The notes beneath the pieces were generated by a model that saw nothing but the letters and a program-made list of their open reading frames with translations, made no database searches and was not told the origin of the DNA. A stretch of DNA of 64,000 nucleotides from Pseudomonadota bacterium. GTDB taxonomy: Bacteria > Pseudomonadota > Gammaproteobacteria > Pseudomonadales > Halieaceae. The position numbers and the translations under genes are program-made. Location: positions 9,147 through 73,146 of the forward strand of contig JBCCNK010000001.1 in the NCBI GenBank assembly GCA_039025875.1, written 5' to 3'. Shown piece after piece: positions 59,998 to 64,000 of this stretch (its first letter is position 1; every line of letters starts with the position of its first letter).

Positions 59998-60869
59998 AGT
60001 ACGCGCAGATTCACCGGCTCAGACATGAACACTCCGTCGTCGCTATGTGCCGCCTGCTGGGCGTATCTGAGAGTGGTTACTACGCCTGGCGCAAGAGGCC
60101 TCAATCGCCACGGGCAAAGGCCAACGCGCGGCTGGCGCTGGAGATCAAGGCAGCTCACGAGCGTACCCGACGGACGTATGGCCCCGAGCGTCTACAATCC
60201 GAGCTTGCTGACAACGGCATTCGCGTCGGTGTTTATCGCATCAAGCGAATGCGCCGTGAGCAGGGCCTGCGCTGCAAGCAGAAGCGACGTTTCCGCGTAA
60301 CGACGGACTCGAAGCACACGCTGCCTGTGGCACCGAACAGGCTTGCCAGGCAGTTCTCGACCGATGCGCCCAACAAGGTCTGGGTGGCGGACCTCACGTA
60401 CATCGACACTGACGAGGGCTGGTTGTACGTGGCTGGTATCAAGGACCTGTTCAACGGTGAGCTTGTCGGCTACGCAATGTCGGAGCGGATGACCGTTGAC
60501 CTGACGGAGACGGCACTTCGCCGTGCGATCGATGCCAGACGACCTGGCCCCGGTCTCATTCATCCCTCTGATCGTGGCAGTCAGTACTGTGCCGGCGCTT
60601 ACCAGAAGCTCATGCGGCAGCACCAGATGCAGGCGTCAATGAGCCGCAAGGGAAACTGCTGGGACAACGCGCCGATGGAGAGCGCCTGGGGCATCCTAAA
60701 GTCAGAGCTTGTTCACCATGACCGCTTCTACACGAGAGCAGAGGCGCGAGCTGCTATCCAGGAGTACATTGAGATCTTCTACAACCGGACCCGGAAACAA
60801 GCGCGCCTCGGTTATTTATCACCGGTACAGTTCGCTATGCAGCACCGCCATAGGCAGGCGGCACATTGA
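59994..60869 (+). CDS. IS3 transposase OrfB (DDE)
   Basis: WVADLTY, SDRGSQY, GNCWDNAPMES, FYNRTR. Confidence 0.95.
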   Translation: MKYAQIHRLRHEHSVVAMCRLLGVSESGYYAWRKRPQSPRAKANARLALEIKAAHERTRRTYGPERLQSELADNGIRVGVYRIKRMRREQGLRCKQKRRFRVTTDSKHTLPVAPNRLARQFSTDAPNKVWVADLTYIDTDEGWLYVAGIKDLFNGELVGYAMSERMTVDLTETALRRAIDARRPGPGLIHPSDRGSQYCAGAYQKLMRQHQMQASMSRKGNCWDNAPMESAWGILKSELVHHDRFYTRAEARAAIQEYIEIFYNRTRKQARLGYLSPVQFAMQHRHRQAAH

Positions 60870-61802
60870 GCCGGTGGGCTCTACGGAAATCGACCGACCT
60901 CAGAGAGCTAGCAGAAGCCTTAATCACGGATGCGTTCGTTCAAAGGTTCAATAAGGAGCTTAAGGACCTTGGTGCGTCGCAGGTAAACGTCGAGCTCGTG
61001 AAGTCAAAAGTCTCTAAGGGCCGTGTTCTTCATAGGCTCCAGCTTCGAGGGGCCTCTCAGAATGGGCTCGCCGATGTGCTCAGCGAGGGAGAAAATAGGA
61101 TAGTTTCCCTCGCAGCTTTCTTGGCCGACGTCACCGGCAAGAGCAACCGGGCTCCGTTTATCTTTGATGATCCCATATCCTCGCTGGACCAAAGCTATGA
61201 AGAGGCTGTGGTTCAAAGACTGATTGAGTTGTCTAAAGATAAACAGGTCATTGTTTTCACTCATCGCCTGTCCTTGCTGGGGACAATCAGACATTTTGCC
61301 GAGAAGAAGGCCATCAAGCTCGATGTGATAAGCATCCGCTCTGCGGACTGGGGGACCGGAGAACCGGCGCCCATTCCACTGTCACAGAGCGACATCAAAA
61401 CCGCCCTAAACACACTCATGAACCAGCGGTATCAGGATGCAAAGAAAGCGAGTGAAAACAGCGAGTTTGAACATGCCGAAATCTTGCTTAAGTCGATGTG
61501 TAGCGACTTCAGGACGTTGGTGGAGCGCTCGATTGAAAACGATCTGTTGTGCGGGGTGGTTCAAAGGTTCCAACGACCGGTGCATACGTTGAAGCTCAAG
61601 GATTTGGGCAAATTGAAGAGCACGGATTGCGATCTTCTTGATTCGCTCATGACTAAATACTGGGGTTTTGAACACTCGCAGCCGACAGAATCACCCGTGG
61701 AGTTGCCGAAACCAGACGAACTGCTGGCAGACATGGCTGCATTGAAAACTTGGCGTGACGAATACGCGAAACGTCCCACCTCAGCGGTGACTGGGTAACC
61801 GT

Positions 61803-63044
61803 ATGAGAGTTCTCCATACATCTGACTGGCATCTCGGGCGCACGCTGTACGGCAGAAAACGCTACGAGGAGTTCGAGGCCTTTCTGACCTGGCTGGCTGA
61901 CACGATTCAGCAGAACGAAATTGATGCTCTTGTGGTGGCGGGTGATGTTTTTGACACTACAGCTCCAAGCAACCGCGCACAGGAGCTCTATTACCGGTTC
62001 CTGTGCCGGGTAGCCGCCTCATCCTGTCGGCATGTTGTCGTCGTCGCCGGCAATCACGATTCTCCGTCTTTTCTCAATGCCCCCAAGGAACTGCTCAGAG
62101 CACTGGATGTCCACGTGATCGGCAGCAGCACCGCTTCACCGGAGGACGAAGTGCTTGTACTCCGCAATGGACCAGGCGACCCGGAATTGATTGTCTGTGC
62201 AGTGCCGTACCTCCGCGACAGGGACATCCGTGTCGCGGAGGCTGGGGAGAGCATTGAGGACAAGGAGCGGAAGCTGGTTGAAGGTATCCGTACTCACTAT
62301 GCCGCCGTTGGAGCTGTGGCCGAACAGAAGCGCGAGGAGTTCGGAGGCGATATCCCCATCGTCGGCACAGGTCACCTGTTCACCGCTGGGGGACAAACGG
62401 TCGATGGTGATGGCGTGCGTGATCTGTATGTCGGCACCCTGGCCCATGTAACCGCGGGTATTTTCCCAGCTTGCTTCGACTATCTGGCGCTTGGTCACCT
62501 TCACGTACCTCAGGTAGTGGGTGGCATCGAGACTATCCGTTATAGCGGGTCGCCACTGCCCATGGGGTTTGGAGAGGCTAAGCAGCAGAAGAGTGTTTGC
62601 CTGGTTGAATTTCAAAGCACGGCTGCGTCCGTGCAACTGATCGACGTGCCCGTGTTTCAGAAGCTCGAGCGTGTGAAAGGTGACTGGGAGGGCATTTCAA
62701 ACCGCGTCCTGGAACTGTCGGCAACGGCGGACGCAAAGCTGTCGACCGCCTGGCTTGAAGTCATCTATGACGGCTCTGAAGTCATTGGTGACCTGCGTGA
62801 ACGGATGGAGGCAGCGATTGCCGACACGTCTATGGAAATCCTCCGGATAAAGAACAACCGTATCGTCGACCGCGTGATCAGTCAGATCCATGAAGAGGAA
62901 ACTCTCGACGACCTGAACGTGAACGACGTATTCGGAAGATGCCTTGCCGTTCATGACGTGCCGGAGGAGCAGCGGCCAGAGCTGTTACAGGCCTACCAGG
63001 AAACGGTCTCGTCTCTCCATGAAGACGACGCGCAGGCGGAATAA
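61803..63044 (+). CDS. sbcD: SbcD nuclease
   Basis: HTSDWHLG, AGDVFD, AGNHDS, GHL, LALGHLH, YSGSP. Confidence 0.95.
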   Translation: MRVLHTSDWHLGRTLYGRKRYEEFEAFLTWLADTIQQNEIDALVVAGDVFDTTAPSNRAQELYYRFLCRVAASSCRHVVVVAGNHDSPSFLNAPKELLRALDVHVIGSSTASPEDEVLVLRNGPGDPELIVCAVPYLRDRDIRVAEAGESIEDKERKLVEGIRTHYAAVGAVAEQKREEFGGDIPIVGTGHLFTAGGQTVDGDGVRDLYVGTLAHVTAGIFPACFDYLALGHLHVPQVVGGIETIRYSGSPLPMGFGEAKQQKSVCLVEFQSTAASVQLIDVPVFQKLERVKGDWEGISNRVLELSATADAKLSTAWLEVIYDGSEVIGDLRERMEAAIADTSMEILRIKNNRIVDRVISQIHEEETLDDLNVNDVFGRCLAVHDVPEEQRPELLQAYQETVSSLHEDDAQAE

Positions 63045-63055
63045 CGAGGCAGTCG

Positions 63056-64000
63056 ATGAGAATACTGGAGGTACGCTTCAAGAATCTGAATTCCCTTGTT
63101 GGTGAATGGCAAATCGACCTTACGCATCCTGCGTTTGTATCTGACGGCATCTTCGCCATCACCGGTCCCACCGGAGCCGGGAAATCTACGATTCTGGATG
63201 CCATTTGCCTGGCTCTCTACGGGCGGACGCCTCGCCTGAACAAGGTCACCAAGAGCGGAAACGAAATCATGTCCCGCCAGACTGGCGAGTGTTTTGCCGA
63301 GGTCACCTTCGAGGCCCAGACGGGGCGCTACCGCTGTCACTGGAGCCAACACCGAGCACACAGAAAGCCGGACGGCGAACTCCAGGCGCCGAAGCACGAG
63401 ATTGCCAATGCCGATTCCGGCGAGATTTTCGAATCCAAGATCAAAGGAGTGGCTGAGCAGATCGAGTCGGCTACCGGGATGGATTTTGACCGTTTTACCC
63501 GGTCCATGTTGCTGGCGCAGGGCGGTTTTGCCGCGTTCCTACAGGCTGCGCCAGATGAGCGCGCCCCAATCCTAGAGCAGATAACGGGCACGGAGATCTA
63601 CAGCCAGATATCCATTCGTGTGCATGAGCGCCGGCGGGAAGAGCAGGAAAAGCTTAATCTGCTTCAAGCCGAAACGGCCGGCATCGAGATCCTCGACCCG
63701 GAGCAGGAGCGCGAGTTTGCAGAGGCTGTTGAAGCAAAGCAGAAGGAAGAGACAGGCCTCGCAGCCGTAGTCGCGGAAACGGGTAAGGCCATCGCTTGGC
63801 TCAACACTATTGATGGGCTAAAGAAGGAAATCGCCAACCTGGCGGGTGAAGCGAGCGCGTTGCAGAGCGAATTCGAGGCGTTCAAACCGGAGCGTGAAAA
63901 GCTGGCCCGGGCTTTGAATGCTGCCTCGCTGGACGGCGCATACGCAACGCTCACCGCCGCCCGCAAACAGCAGGCGGATGACAGTGCAGTCTTGAGAGCC
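63056..64000 (+). CDS. sbcC: SbcC ATPase (partial, runs off the right edge)
   Basis: Manual translation: MRILEVRFKNLNSLVGEWQID...ITGPTGAGKSTILDAICLALYG...FTRSMLLAQGGFAAFL. Confidence 0.93.
   Translation, partial: MRILEVRFKNLNSLVGEWQIDLTHPAFVSDGIFAITGPTGAGKSTILDAICLALYGRTPRLNKVTKSGNEIMSRQTGECFAEVTFEAQTGRYRCHWSQHRAHRKPDGELQAPKHEIANADSGEIFESKIKGVAEQIESATGMDFDRFTRSMLLAQGGFAAFLQAAPDERAPILEQITGTEIYSQISIRVHERRREEQEKLNLLQAETAGIEILDPEQEREFAEAVEAKQKEETGLAAVVAETGKAIAWLNTIDGLKKEIANLAGEASALQSEFEAFKPEREKLARALNAASLDGAYATLTAARKQQADDSAVLRA

Larger units (their letters stand above)
59632..60902 (+). mobile_element. IS3-family insertion sequence (1271 bp)
   Basis: TG...CA ends; imperfect inverted repeats TGAGGTCGGTCGGAATTCGTGGAG / CTCTACGGAAATCGACCGACCTCA; 3-bp target duplication GAG. 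Confidence 0.95.
57948..61798 (+). pseudogene. Zn-hook ABC-type ATPase (AAA_13/RloC-like architecture) interrupted by IS3
   Basis: Walker A GNNGSGKS and CVLCHQ hook before the IS; LSEGE, IFDDPISSLD and VFTH after it. Removing the IS and one GAG copy restores the frame (...KKGELAE...). Confidence 0.88.

Overview
This is a mosaic accessory/defence region, probably from a Gammaproteobacterium, built around the core of a PFGI-1/ICEclc-type integrative conjugative element. (1) 1-9090, minus strand: a tightly overlapping operon of amino-acid ABC transporter, SAM methyltransferase, divergent histidine kinase, and a >942-aa receiver-domain/adenosine-deaminase fusion. The ORF track missed the last gene because it runs off the left edge. 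This is my best candidate for an undescribed system, possibly a two-component-gated nucleotide deaminase. (2) Two pseudogenes, then ICE core genes (ParB-like, DUF2857, STY4528-like, PFL_4669-like, ParR-ParM, DUF3577, RadC). (3) 18856-27225: a six-gene protease/NLR-like conflict operon with two predicted Glu-specific trypsin-like proteases, EAD1-like adaptors, an active and an inactive STAND NTPase, and an SGNH-hydrolase effector. (4) A decayed stretch: ABC efflux remnant, an IS91/ISCR transposase interrupted by an IS1111-type IS110 element whose non-coding end matches its insertion site, a GbsR fragment and an orphan nuoEF. (5) An EAD1-like protein and a large secreted poly-Gly protein. (6) A WYL-regulated BREX system with BrxE, split PglX, nested GmrSD-like nuclease and a BrxL lacking the Lon domain, followed by an IS3-disrupted Zn-hook ABC ATPase and sbcDC. 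All assignments come from motif recognition by eye; no database searches were run.
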